Shown piece by piece: positions 19,677 through 29,919 of a DNA stretch of 64,000 nt. The notes beneath the pieces were generated by a model. The model searched no databases and was not told the origin of the DNA. It saw nothing but the letters and a program-made list of their open reading frames with translations. Origin of the DNA: Candidatus Bathyarchaeia archaeon (GTDB lineage Archaea > Thermoproteota > Bathyarchaeia > 40CM-2-53-6); contig JBEKVV010000002.1 of the NCBI GenBank assembly GCA_049513715.1, forward strand, positions 288,001-352,000, written 5' to 3'. The position numbers and the translations under genes are program-made. Numbering within the stretch: the first letter of the stretch is position 1; every line of letters starts with the position of its first letter.

Positions 19677-20169
19677 AATTGCCACTGATGGGTGGGCACA
19701 CCCAATAGAGGGTGAACACGCCACTGCCGTTCATGGGTGCATTACACCCAAACATCGGATGCATTGCACCTTGAGGCGATGCTCGAGAAACAGTAACACG
19801 GTATAGAATTGTACAGGTCAAGGTAGGTGTCATCACCTAATTATTGGGTGACTACACCCCGCAAATATCACGCGTAACGCCTGACAGTCTACAAAAACGT
19901 GCATTAGTGCTTGGGCTCTCACCCGGGTCGCCTAATTCTGTCTGACCCTAAAGTCTTGGTGTCCGACAAAATTCATTCGGTTCCGGCAGTAAGGCCCGGC
20001 GTTCTTCTCATCTACAGAGTGCGCGCACCCCCCCGCAGGGGTGTTAGACACCTTACCCTTCCTGACCATGTAGTTGGTCGCCGGCCACCATCTACAGGGT
20101 CGGAGTTCCCCAGCAGAAACACGGAACTGTGAGACCAAGAAAACTACAAAGAACGCCCGGATGCGAGAC

Positions 20170-20735
20170 TGAAATACAAATTTCGCAGGCTCCTGATTTC
20201 CTTATCGACTTGAGTCCCGCTTCGCAATCAGCCGCACAAGGCCAGACCGCATCCTATTCCATCAATGTTGTGAGCATCAACGGTTTCAACTCAAGTCTCT
20301 CTTTCAGTTACTGGGCTGCCATCTGGAGCGAACGGCGTTTTCAGCACAAGTTCAGGAACGCCTAGCTTCCCTGCCACTCTGACGGTCACCATACCGGGCA
20401 ACACGCCGTCAGGGTCGTACACTCTCGTGGTTCATAGTACGGGCGGCGGACTTGAAAGGGCGGCCAACGCTGTGCTAACGATAACAGCGACAATCACTCA
20501 GAGTGCAACAACCACGACAGGTGGACTGATGGAAACTTTGCAGCAGAACAGTTTGATCATGATTGGTGCTCTTGCACTGTTGGTGATTGTGCTTGCTGCA
20601 CTTGCGATGAGAGGCCGATCCCAACATGTTCGGGGGCACGTCTCGCAAGCGATCGTCATTACCTCGAAGGACAAAATTCTTAGAAAACCCCTGCGAATTT
20701 ACCTCAATGCAAGAATCACTTGGGTTTGGGCATGA
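20170..20735 (+). pseudogene. Frameshifted remnant of an Ig-like surface protein with C-terminal TM
   Basis: APDFLIDLSPASQS...GFNS continues after a frameshift near 20292 as QVSLSVTGLPSG...GSYTLVV...TM; no 5' part. Confidence 0.7.
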
Positions 20736-20948
20736 AGGCATTCGCGCGGACCTTGACACAGGCCGTTTGACAATTCAGCGTCGCGCAGTGCACATCTGGT
20801 GCCAAATAGATGGCAGAGTCCGTGAGTTTCTCGATGGGCTCTTCGCCGGCGCGTATGACATCGAAGGTAACGCCGTTTGAATTAGTTACGGGGTAACCTT
20901 ATAACGAAAGGGACCTTTGAGCGTGAAGCTCCTGCATGAGGTCCAACC

Positions 20949-21338
20949 ATGGACGAACTTGGGGATATACGAGTAAAGAAGATGCGTGAACTAATGGATC
21001 AAGGGTCCACACCAAGCATTGACAAACCAATCATTGTAAGCGACCGTAATTTCGATCAGACAATCAAGAACTATCCACTCGTTGTGGTTGATTGTTGGGC
21101 TGCTTGGTGCGCGCCATGCCGGGCAATAGCACCAGTGGTCGAGCAACTCGCGAAGGAGTACAGTGGAAAGGTGGTTTTTGGCAAACTGAATGTCGACGAG
21201 AACCCTGAGACCCAACAGAAATTTGGCATAATGGCCATTCCGACGTTGCTCGTCATGAAGAATGCCAAGGAAGTTGACCGGATAGTCGGTGCCCTTCCAA
21301 AGAGCGAACTTCAGGAAAAGATAAGCGCCTACGCTTAG
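20949..21338 (+). CDS. trxA: Thioredoxin
   Basis: WCAPC active site; MDELGDIR..KM N-terminal extension. Confidence 0.95.
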   Translation: MDELGDIRVKKMRELMDQGSTPSIDKPIIVSDRNFDQTIKNYPLVVVDCWAAWCAPCRAIAPVVEQLAKEYSGKVVFGKLNVDENPETQQKFGIMAIPTLLVMKNAKEVDRIVGALPKSELQEKISAYA

Positions 21339-21378
21339 TCCGGCCTTATTCTAAGACGTTAGCCACTGGTTCTTGACG

Positions 21379-21909
21379 CTAGACAGAGCGCGGCCAAGGG
21401 GCATAGGAGAACTGCGCAGGAGCGAAGTTCGGATGTGGCGGAGGGACCCCAAAGCCGTGTTTGACGCACAACGATCGCGCAAATGGGTCCGGTGTGTCTT
21501 CCTCACTCCAACCTTTCATGATGCAGTCAACCAAGTGTTTCGTTTCATGAAATATGACGTATTCAGGGTAGCGTGAGTAGGCCTCCTCAGAAACGTGAAT
21601 CGTGTACGGATCAGCTGGTGAGTAGTAGCCCTTCAAAGGGCCCGAGCTTCTGTAGATGTCCACTCGAATGGATTGGTCCAGACTGATTTCCATGTCTGAC
21701 AAAGCCAGATTGACGAGCCGGCAGGTTTCTACGTTGTGGGACCAAGAAAGGCCGTTGGAGGTTTCATGTATTACATGAGATCCGCAGCATGGGCAAAACA
21801 GCTGTTCAGCCTGACCCCCCTGTCTCGTCCCTTCGGGACCTTGATTTGAGTTCGCTGGTGTAGTTTGAAGGTAATTGTACTCGTTCTCAGGGGCGCCATT
21901 CCCAGCCAT
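21379..21909 (-). CDS. Hypothetical protein with CxxC motif and HExxH metallopeptidase motif
   Basis: CPCCG; IFHETKH...EE...D.FA; start taken at MAGNG. Confidence 0.6.
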   Translation of the reverse strand: MAGNGAPENEYNYLQTTPANSNQGPEGTRQGGQAEQLFCPCCGSHVIHETSNGLSWSHNVETCRLVNLALSDMEISLDQSIRVDIYRSSGPLKGYYSPADPYTIHVSEEAYSRYPEYVIFHETKHLVDCIMKGWSEEDTPDPFARSLCVKHGFGVPPPHPNFAPAQFSYAPWPRSV

Positions 21910-22150
21910 GTCTGAGGCTGCTCTGGGCGACCAGCGTCCATTCATCAGTAGTTTCTTCAAATCGCCAAACGTATTCGTTCAACTGTTACGCATTTGGATT
22001 GCTCGTATATCTGTTTTTTATCAAAATGGCATCAACGTGAACAAGAAGTGGGGGAAACAATGGACAACTGCATGGAGAAATATCATACGTAGCATCATGC
22101 ACATTAATGAGCCACCATTTCTCAAGGTCATTTTGCTAGGCGAGTTTAGA

Positions 22151-22675
22151 ATGGGAGTATTCGAGTTCGAGGGAAGGGTCCCGAAGATTTCGCCTAAAGC
22201 GTACGTTGATGAAGACGCCAGCGTCGTGGGAGATGTAACCATTGGAGTTCAATGCTATATTGGGCCGGGTGCAAGGATCCGAGGGGATTATGGTACTGTA
22301 ACCATCGGCGACAAGACCAGTATCCAAGAAAACTGTGTTCTGCACGCTCGTATCAATGAGAAATGCGAAGTAGGCAGCCACGTTCAAATCGGGCATGGGG
22401 CCCTGCTTCACAACTGCGTCGTCAAAGACTATGCCGTCGTGGGAGTTGGGGCGGTCGTAAGTGACTACGCGACCGTAGGGGTCTGGAGCATCGTAGGAGA
22501 AGGCGCCGTCGTAACAAGTGGCCAAACAGTGCCCGACGGGAAAGTGGCCGTCGGAATTCCCGCCAAAATAATCAGAGACGTCACCGATGCTGATAAGCAG
22601 CTTTGGGGCAAATACAAGGACGCGTACGCTGACTTGGCTCTAAGGTATCCCAAAGGGTTGAAGCGCATCAGCTAG
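22151..22675 (+). CDS. Gamma-class carbonic anhydrase family protein
   Basis: RGD, IQENCVLH, IGHGALLHNC hexapeptide repeats; ATG at 22151. Confidence 0.92.
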   Translation: MGVFEFEGRVPKISPKAYVDEDASVVGDVTIGVQCYIGPGARIRGDYGTVTIGDKTSIQENCVLHARINEKCEVGSHVQIGHGALLHNCVVKDYAVVGVGAVVSDYATVGVWSIVGEGAVVTSGQTVPDGKVAVGIPAKIIRDVTDADKQLWGKYKDAYADLALRYPKGLKRIS

Positions 22676-22723
22676 CACTGACAAGGTTAATGCAAGGAGT
22701 CCCATACTACTATCTGATGGGCG

Positions 22724-24259
22724 ATGCCGAAAGAACTAATCGCCGTTTTGGATTTCGGTGGCCAATACTCACACCTCATAACCAGGCGCATCAGGGAATG
22801 CGAGGTATACTCGGAACTACTTCCATACGACATTGCCCCGAAGCATTTGTTGGAGCTTAACGCCAAAGGCATCGTTTTGTCGGGAGGCCCCTCTAGTGTC
22901 TATGATGACGGCGCTCCAAAGTGTAATTCAGAAATCTTCCAACTGGGCATCCCTGTGCTTGGCATTTGTTATGGAATGCAGTTAATGATCCAAACGCTGG
23001 GGGGCCACGTCCAAGCAACAAGACGCCGCGAATATGGAAAAACACAGCTGGAAATCAAAGACACTGCCGACCTCTTTAGAGGTATGAAGAGTCAAATCAC
23101 TTCGTGGATGAGCCACGGGGACTACGCTGACATACTGCCCGAAGGATTCGAGATAATCGGCAGCTCAGTGAACTGCCCAATCGCAGCTGTTCGTGATTCC
23201 ACCCGCAGGCTTTACGGAACTCAGTTTCATCCAGAGGTTGCCCATACAGAGAATGGGATTCAGATCATAAGGAATTTCGCTAGCACCATAAGCAACTGCG
23301 CACCAAACTGGAACCCCAAATCAATCATCGAAACCTCAACTCAACAAATACGCTCGGAAGTTGGCGAAGATGAGGTTCTTTCTGCGGTGAGCGGAGGTGT
23401 AGATTCAACTACAGCGGCTGTTCTAATCCAAAGGGCCCTCGGAGGCAAACTGACCTGCGTCTTTGTGAACCACGGCTTGCTGAGAAAGAATGAGGAAGAA
23501 CGAGTTCTCAAAGCGCTGAGGGATTTGAAACTGAACGTTCATTATGTTGACGCTTCCGAGCAGTTCCTAGGAAGGTTAAGAGGCGTAGTCGACCCCGAGC
23601 AGAAGAGGAAGATCATTGGTGAAGAATTCATCAGGGTCTTTGATGAGGAAAGTTCCAATGTTGGACGCTTCAAGTACCTCGCCCAGGGCACATTATACCC
23701 TGATGTGATTGAGAGCGCGGGTACAGGGAGTCCCGCTTCACGCATCAAAACGCACCACAATGTGGGCGGTATACCGGAATGGTCAAAATTCAAAATTGTT
23801 GAGCCACTCAGATTTCTCTACAAAGATGAAGTCCGAAGGATAGCAAAAGAGCTTGGTTTACCAGATTTTATCGTGAAAACCCACCCGTTTCCAGGCCCAG
23901 GGCTGGCTGTTCGAATTGTGGGCGAGGTGACGAAAGAGAAGTTGCGCATATGCAGAGATGCCAGCGCAATAGTTGAGGACGTTCTAAGGCAGCGCGGCCT
24001 CTATGATTCTGTTTGGCAAGCTTTTGCGACAGTTGGGGATGACAGGGCTGTTGGTGTTCTTGGGGATCAAAGAAACCTAGGCTACATGGTCACGGTCCGA
24101 GTCATCGAATCCTTGGACGGTATGACTGCGGACTGGGCAAGGCTTCCAGATGACGTGCTGGAGGAAATCAGTAACCGCATAACTGGAGAGGTTCCCGGGG
24201 TCACGTGGGTTAGCTACGCGGTGACATCCAAACCACCATCCACAATAGAGCCTTGCTAA
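22724..24259 (+). CDS. guaA: GMP synthase (fused GATase + ATPPase)
   Basis: LDFGGQY, GICYG, QFHPE, SGGVDS, IKTHHN, KPPSTIE. Confidence 0.97.
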   Translation: MPKELIAVLDFGGQYSHLITRRIRECEVYSELLPYDIAPKHLLELNAKGIVLSGGPSSVYDDGAPKCNSEIFQLGIPVLGICYGMQLMIQTLGGHVQATRRREYGKTQLEIKDTADLFRGMKSQITSWMSHGDYADILPEGFEIIGSSVNCPIAAVRDSTRRLYGTQFHPEVAHTENGIQIIRNFASTISNCAPNWNPKSIIETSTQQIRSEVGEDEVLSAVSGGVDSTTAAVLIQRALGGKLTCVFVNHGLLRKNEEERVLKALRDLKLNVHYVDASEQFLGRLRGVVDPEQKRKIIGEEFIRVFDEESSNVGRFKYLAQGTLYPDVIESAGTGSPASRIKTHHNVGGIPEWSKFKIVEPLRFLYKDEVRRIAKELGLPDFIVKTHPFPGPGLAVRIVGEVTKEKLRICRDASAIVEDVLRQRGLYDSVWQAFATVGDDRAVGVLGDQRNLGYMVTVRVIESLDGMTADWARLPDDVLEEISNRITGEVPGVTWVSYAVTSKPPSTIEPC

Positions 24260-24652
24260 CGCACCCTCCGCGCACGCCTGAGTCGGCGTTTCAATGTGTG
24301 GTGTAGTTTTGTGGGGACAACGTGTTACTTTGGTTAGTGATTGTGGTTTGGAAGGAGATGGGAAGCTGGAGCTTTGGGCTGTTTTAGGTTGCTTGCCCAA
24401 TAAAGTGTGAAGGGGGCAATTGCTTGAGTCGTAGCTGTCTGCGACACCGATGACTCGCTTAATCTCAGAGGCCGGTGGAGGTGGAGAAAGGTCGTTTCTG
24501 TGCCGGACTAGGCAACTGAGGAATCCGAACGCGTTTCGTTTCTCGCGTTAGCTTTCGCCCATGTAGAATTGCCTGGGAAGAAATGGATGCCAAACTAGGG
24601 GTGGCCGTTGGCTCACGGAAAAGAGAGGATTTTGAAGGCTTACTTGAGGCTT

Positions 24653-25000
24653 CTACTTGGGTTTGAAGGAGTGCCCGCAACCGCATGTCTCTGTTGCGTT
24701 GGGGTTGTTGACTTGAAACCCTTCACCCATCACGGACTCAACGTAATCCACTTCGGATCCGTCTAGGTAGGGCGCGCTTTGTTCATCCACGAGTACTTGG
24801 ACACCATGAGCTTCGATGACGCGGTCGCCCTCGTTCTTTTGGTCGAATGCGAGGCCATATTGGAAACCACTGCAGCCGCCCCCAGAAACGTAGAGGCGTA
24901 GTCCTGCGTCCTTCTTGCCTTGTTTCTCCATGGCGGCCTTCACTTTCTCTGCGGCTTTGTCCGTCAGCGAAATCTTGAGCGTACTTGGTGATTGCAGCAT
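24653..25000 (-). CDS. A-type Fe-S carrier (HesB/IscA/ErpA family)
   Basis: GGCSGFQY, CGCGHSF. Confidence 0.93.
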   Translation of the reverse strand: MLQSPSTLKISLTDKAAEKVKAAMEKQGKKDAGLRLYVSGGGCSGFQYGLAFDQKNEGDRVIEAHGVQVLVDEQSAPYLDGSEVDYVESVMGEGFQVNNPNATETCGCGHSFKPK

Positions 25001-25115
25001 CTTATGGCACTAGCTCGCCGTTATGACTTATGGATTATTTAAGTTTGGGCTAACCAAAATCGGAGGCAAAGACCCACGCATAAAAGCCTACGGCGGAGAG
25101 TAGTCAACAGAGGGG

Positions 25116-26261
25116 TTGACGCTGACTCAGACGCTCGGGTTCGTTTATAGCGACTCGTTCCAGCAATATGATTTCGGCCCCACGCACCCATTGAAACCCA
25201 CACGGCTGAAGCTAACTTACGAGCTGATGAGAGAAACCAAACTGCTCGAAAACCCCAACATTAAGGTGAGTGAGCCCCGTGCAGCCAATCGCGATGAACT
25301 ACTCCTCTTTCATGATGAAGAATACCTGAAACTCGTCGAACGCATGAGCAAAGCAGGAACGGGTTTTCTCGACATGGGCGATACGCCCGCATTCAAGGGC
25401 TGTTATGAGGCTTCAGCACTTGCCACAGGAGCAACCTTGACGGCCATAGATTTGGTCATGTCTGGAAAAGCCACGCACGCCATGAATATCGCAGGAGGCT
25501 TGCACCACGCCCACCCCGGCCGCGCTTCAGGGTTTTGCATTTTCAACGACCCCGCCGTTGGCATAGCATACTTGGAGAAGAAGTACTCAACCGAGAGGGT
25601 TCTCTACTTGGACGTGGACGCCCACCACGGAGACGGCGTAATGTATGGGTTCTACGCTGACGAGGGCGTCTTGGACGTCGACTTTCATGAGGATGGCCAC
25701 CACTTGTTTCCCGGCACCGGGTTCATTCATGAGATCGGTGAAGGGCCCGCCTCAGGGATCAAGGTCAACATTCCTCTTCCACCTTTCACCGGTGACGAGA
25801 TGTACTTGCGATTGTTTCGAGAAATTGTCCCAACCGCAGTGAGGCGGTTTCGACCACAAGTGTTGCTGTGTCAATTTGGCGTTGATTCCCACGCAAACGA
25901 TCTCCTCGCCCACCTGCAGCTAACGAGCAAGGCGTATCGCGAAATAGCTAGGACTGTACATGATTTGGCTCATGAAGTAGCCGAAGGGCGCCTTGTAGTC
26001 GTCGGGGGAGGCGGATACAACGTTGCCAACGTGGCACGGACATGGGCTCTTGTTGCCGCAACGCTCGCCGACCTCAACATCCCAGAGTCAGTTCCCGCGA
26101 ATTGGCAGAAGATGTTTGAGGCCATGATCGGAGAAAAGGCTCCGAGCACAATCGGAAGCGAGCACGAGGCCAGAGAAGCGCTGTCAGGAAACATTCCGCA
26201 GAACCACGCAGTCGAAATACTACGGGACCTGAGAAAGAGGCTGCCGTTGCTCGCGGCTTGA
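25116..26261 (+). CDS. acuC: AcuC/histone deacetylase-family lysine deacetylase
   Basis: HPLKP.R, GGLHHA, GFC, DVDAHHGDG, GGGGY. Confidence 0.92.
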   Translation: MTLTQTLGFVYSDSFQQYDFGPTHPLKPTRLKLTYELMRETKLLENPNIKVSEPRAANRDELLLFHDEEYLKLVERMSKAGTGFLDMGDTPAFKGCYEASALATGATLTAIDLVMSGKATHAMNIAGGLHHAHPGRASGFCIFNDPAVGIAYLEKKYSTERVLYLDVDAHHGDGVMYGFYADEGVLDVDFHEDGHHLFPGTGFIHEIGEGPASGIKVNIPLPPFTGDEMYLRLFREIVPTAVRRFRPQVLLCQFGVDSHANDLLAHLQLTSKAYREIARTVHDLAHEVAEGRLVVVGGGGYNVANVARTWALVAATLADLNIPESVPANWQKMFEAMIGEKAPSTIGSEHEAREALSGNIPQNHAVEILRDLRKRLPLLAA

Positions 26262-26275
26262 GCCGCATTCAGCAA

Positions 26276-27157
26276 CTATGCCGAATTTTGGGCAGTGGCC
26301 TCTCGGGGGTTGAATACGCCTGTTAGGAGATCTTTCTGCACACGCAAATAATCATCCGGGGTGCCCACGTCCGCCCAGTACCCTTCATGCTTGAAACCGC
26401 GAATAGTTCCTTCGCGCATTAACTTGGGGAACACGTCCGATTCCAATGACACTCTTCGTCCCTTTGGAATCTTTGCGAAGATTGAGGGGCGCACAACGTA
26501 GATGCCCGCACTCACCCATGACTCCCCCGCTAATTGTTTGCGGGGCTTTTCAATGAAACTCACAACTCGATTCTCAGAGTCCAATTCTACTGCGCTGAAC
26601 CTGGCGGGGGTTGTCGATTTTGCAAGGACGATCGTCGCCAGAGCCTCAGACTTTTTGTGTGCGTAGATTAGTTTGTCCAGATCCAATCCAGAAAATATCA
26701 CGTCGCCGTTCAGTGTCAAGAAATCAGAGCCGATCATTGCCTCGGCGTTCTTGATTGCCCCTCCAGTGTCAAGAGGTTCTTTTTCGAAACTGTAACGTAG
26801 GCGAATGCCGAGCTTGTGTTCATCTAGGTAGCGTACTATCTGCTCCTGAAGGAATCCTATGGCTAAAATGATCCGGTCGAATTCGTAACGCTTCAAGTAT
26901 TCGATCTGGTACTCCAACAATGGCTGGTAGCCTATCGGGAGCAGTGGTTTTGGTGTGGAGAAGGTTGTTGGCTTCACGCGGGGCTCAAGACCGCCGCAGA
27001 GAATTAGCGCCGTTCTTTCTGGGCGGAATTGTTCCATCCCAAGCTTAAGGAGGAACTCCGCTGTCTGAGAGCGGTTAGTGAACCGGGTGCCATCGACTAG
27101 CAGGTCTATCTTATGCATCAATGACGGGTCGAGCGTCATACTGAAACGGCGTTTCAT
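26276..27157 (-). CDS. RHH DNA-binding domain fused to NDP-sugar pyrophosphorylase-like domain
   Basis: RFSMTLD...KID...NRSQ.AE (RHH), then ALILCGG..R.KP...PKP, E..PLDTGGA, NGD, W.DVGTP. Confidence 0.85.
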   Translation of the reverse strand: MKRRFSMTLDPSLMHKIDLLVDGTRFTNRSQTAEFLLKLGMEQFRPERTALILCGGLEPRVKPTTFSTPKPLLPIGYQPLLEYQIEYLKRYEFDRIILAIGFLQEQIVRYLDEHKLGIRLRYSFEKEPLDTGGAIKNAEAMIGSDFLTLNGDVIFSGLDLDKLIYAHKKSEALATIVLAKSTTPARFSAVELDSENRVVSFIEKPRKQLAGESWVSAGIYVVRPSIFAKIPKGRRVSLESDVFPKLMREGTIRGFKHEGYWADVGTPDDYLRVQKDLLTGVFNPREATAQNSA

Positions 27158-27224
27158 GGCTACTGGAGTATTACTGGACATCCTTTAATTGTATTACGGT
27201 ATTCTACTAACCGTGGTGGCAACA

Positions 27225-27377
27225 TTGGCGGAAACATGCCCAGCCTGTGGAAGCAGAGAGAAAACGTTCGAACAGAGAGACACCTCGGAGATACGCTTAG
27301 AATACGTATACGCCTTCGAAGAAGTCGCTCTACTAAGATGCACCAACTGCCAGAGCCTATGGTGGGATTACAGCTAA
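27225..27377 (+). CDS. Small zinc-ribbon protein
   Basis: CPACG...RCTNC..LW; TTG start with GGTGG upstream. Confidence 0.6.
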   Translation: MAETCPACGSREKTFEQRDTSEIRLEYVYAFEEVALLRCTNCQSLWWDYS

Positions 27378-27420
27378 CTTCCAGTACCTGCTGGACACCA
27401 TTCCCCGACGTGTCTTCGCT

Positions 27421-29784
27421 TTATTCTGAATCTTCCTTGCACTGTTTTCTTGCCGCGTCGAGCAGAACTCTCTGCTCAACCTGCGCAACGAGCCTTCGAG
27501 TGTGAACTATCACGTCCGGGTTTACTGATACACTGTCTATGCCCGCGTACACTAGGAACTTCGCAAAATCAGGGTAGACGCTAGGTGCTTGGCCGCAGAT
27601 GCTGACGGTCTTTCCGAATTTGTGGGCTGTTTGTATCAGGTCTTTGATTGCACGCTTCACTGCTAGGTTGCGTTCGTCGAATAGAGGTGCAAGAGCCTCG
27701 TTGTCCCTATCGGCCCCAAGTATGAGCATGGTTAGGTCGTTGCTGCCTATCGAGAACCCGTCTACTCCGGCCTTGCAGAATTCGTCAGCTAGGATGATGT
27801 TGCTGGGGATTTCGGCCATGATCCAGAGTTTGAAATCCTCCGATTGCACCAAGCCTTCTTGACGGAGTAGTTCGCGGATTTTCGTGAATTCGTCTACGGT
27901 TCGATTGAAAGGAATCATGCACCACAGGTTCTTCATTCCCATCTCGTTTCTGACTTTCTTAACAGCGGCGATTTCCAGTCTGAAGGCTGGTTCGAATCTT
28001 GGGTCTGTATAGCGGCTTGCCCCACGCCAGCCGATCAATGGATTAGCCTCTTTTATGCCGCCCTCATACTTTTCTCCGCCCTCGAGTTTGGCATACTCGT
28101 TGGTCTTGAAGTCACTGAATCGTAGCACGACTGGCCTCGGGTAGAATGCTCTGCAGATCGTTTCGAGGCCAGCCGCGAGTTTGTTCACGAATTCTTCCGG
28201 ATGCTTGTTTTCGATGAGCATCAGCGGATGTTTCTTGACGTGGTCACTTACGATGAACTCCATTCGCAGTAGGCCAACTCCGTCGACAGGCAGCTGGGAA
28301 ATTCTGTTGGCTAACTCGGGCTCGCCAAGGTTGACGAAGATTTTTGTTCCAGTCACGGTTGGGTCTACGAAACCCGCTAACCCGTCCTTCGTGGCTTGTT
28401 GGGCTTCGGCCTTGGGAGTCTCCAAAACGATGCCCTGATACACTACGCCCATCTTAGCGTCGACTGTGACTTCTTGACCGGTCTCGATGGTCTTTGTGCC
28501 AATCTTAGTTCCTGTAATGCATGGGATGCCGAGTTCGCGGCTGACGATAGCTGCGTGACAGGTCATTCCACCTGCATCCGTGACAATGGCTCTGGCTTTC
28601 TTCATTGTCGGAACCCAGTCAGGCGTAGTCATCTCAGTAACAAGTATCTCGCCGCTCTGGAACTCGCTCACGTGGTCAACGGACAAAATCACATGTGCCT
28701 TACCCGACCCAAGCCCGGGTGATGATGGTAGACCTTTGAGCAGAATCTTCTTCTCAGTCGTGACAGCAGCCGTTTTTTCGATTGGGCTTTTCTTCAAAGA
28801 CCAAACCGTTTCGGGTCTCGCCTGAAGTATCAGGAGTTTTCCTGTCTGCTTGTCAACGCCCCATTCGATGTCCATCACACGCCCGTAATGCTGTTCAATG
28901 GTCAGTGCATACTTGGCAAGTTCTGAGACTTGCTCATCTGTGATTACTTGGCGGTCCTTCAGCTCATCGGGGACATTCTTTTCTTCAGTTCCGCCATCGG
29001 GTTTCCGAACGAGCATGATGGTCTTGCTGGGGATGGTTTTGCGGATAATTTTCAACGTGCCCTTATCTACGTAATAGTCGTCGGGGGTGACGCTTCCTTT
29101 GACAACATATTCTCCCAATCCGTAAGATGCTTCCACCAATACGAGAGAATCGTCGCCGTTCGTCGGGTCCATAGTGAACATGACTCCGCTGGAATCTGAG
29201 AAGCACATCATTTGCACAATCGCTGAGAGGGCTACGTCCATGTGATTGAAGCCTTTTTGTACTCTATAGAAGATTGCGCGGTCAGTGAATAGGCTCGCGT
29301 AGCATTCTTTCACGCTCTGAATCACGTTATCTGCTCCAGTTATGTTCAGGTAAGTTTCTTGTTGACCTGCGAAGCTTGCGTTCGGCAAATCTTCTGCAGT
29401 AGCAGAGCTTCTGATTGCGACGAACGGGTTCTTCACTTTCTCATGGGCGGCCAGTTGCTGATAGGATTCCGCGATAAGCTTCTCAAGGGTCCGTGGAACG
29501 GGTGCCGAAGTTATCATTTTCCTGATTTCAGCACCAACCTTCTGAAGAGTCGCGGTATCATTGAGGTCCTTCAGTCGACCTAGTGAGTTTGCGATTTTCT
29601 CTTCCAGCTTGTTCTCCTTGAGAAAGAGCCTGTACGCATCCGCGGTCAGGGCGAAGCCATATGGTACTGGAATCCTTGTTTTGGAGGTCATCTCCCCCAA
29701 GCTCGCTGATTTGCCGCCCACGAGTGGGACGTCTTGTCTTCCAATCTGGTCGAACCAGAGCATCAGAGCACCCATAGTTATCAC
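27421..29784 (-). CDS. ppsA: Phosphoenolpyruvate synthase (pyruvate, water dikinase)
   Basis: VGGKSASLGEM, RSSATAED, SFAGQ, GGMTCHAAI, SIGSNDL, ICGQAPS. Confidence 0.96.
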   Translation of the reverse strand: MITMGALMLWFDQIGRQDVPLVGGKSASLGEMTSKTRIPVPYGFALTADAYRLFLKENKLEEKIANSLGRLKDLNDTATLQKVGAEIRKMITSAPVPRTLEKLIAESYQQLAAHEKVKNPFVAIRSSATAEDLPNASFAGQQETYLNITGADNVIQSVKECYASLFTDRAIFYRVQKGFNHMDVALSAIVQMMCFSDSSGVMFTMDPTNGDDSLVLVEASYGLGEYVVKGSVTPDDYYVDKGTLKIIRKTIPSKTIMLVRKPDGGTEEKNVPDELKDRQVITDEQVSELAKYALTIEQHYGRVMDIEWGVDKQTGKLLILQARPETVWSLKKSPIEKTAAVTTEKKILLKGLPSSPGLGSGKAHVILSVDHVSEFQSGEILVTEMTTPDWVPTMKKARAIVTDAGGMTCHAAIVSRELGIPCITGTKIGTKTIETGQEVTVDAKMGVVYQGIVLETPKAEAQQATKDGLAGFVDPTVTGTKIFVNLGEPELANRISQLPVDGVGLLRMEFIVSDHVKKHPLMLIENKHPEEFVNKLAAGLETICRAFYPRPVVLRFSDFKTNEYAKLEGGEKYEGGIKEANPLIGWRGASRYTDPRFEPAFRLEIAAVKKVRNEMGMKNLWCMIPFNRTVDEFTKIRELLRQEGLVQSEDFKLWIMAEIPSNIILADEFCKAGVDGFSIGSNDLTMLILGADRDNEALAPLFDERNLAVKRAIKDLIQTAHKFGKTVSICGQAPSVYPDFAKFLVYAGIDSVSVNPDVIVHTRRLVAQVEQRVLLDAARKQCKEDSE

Positions 29785-29874
29785 ATTCTCCTTTCGCCGC
29801 GTTCCGCCGTACTACTTTTTGTAGAAAACCATTGGAATAAGTAATATCTATCTATGGTATATACACCCTCTTAC

Positions 29875-29919
29875 GAAGTCGAAGAATTCTCAGTAGCGAG
29901 TTCCCTGCACTTCGACTTC
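29875..29919. promoter_or_regulatory. Perfect 10-bp inverted repeat between ppsA and ppdK
   Basis: GAAGTCGAAG-N25-CTTCGACTTC. Confidence 0.45.

Noticed and set aside
19900..20170. RNase P or SRP RNA
   Set aside because: Only loose resemblance; complete P4 pairing and the SRP helix 8 motif not found
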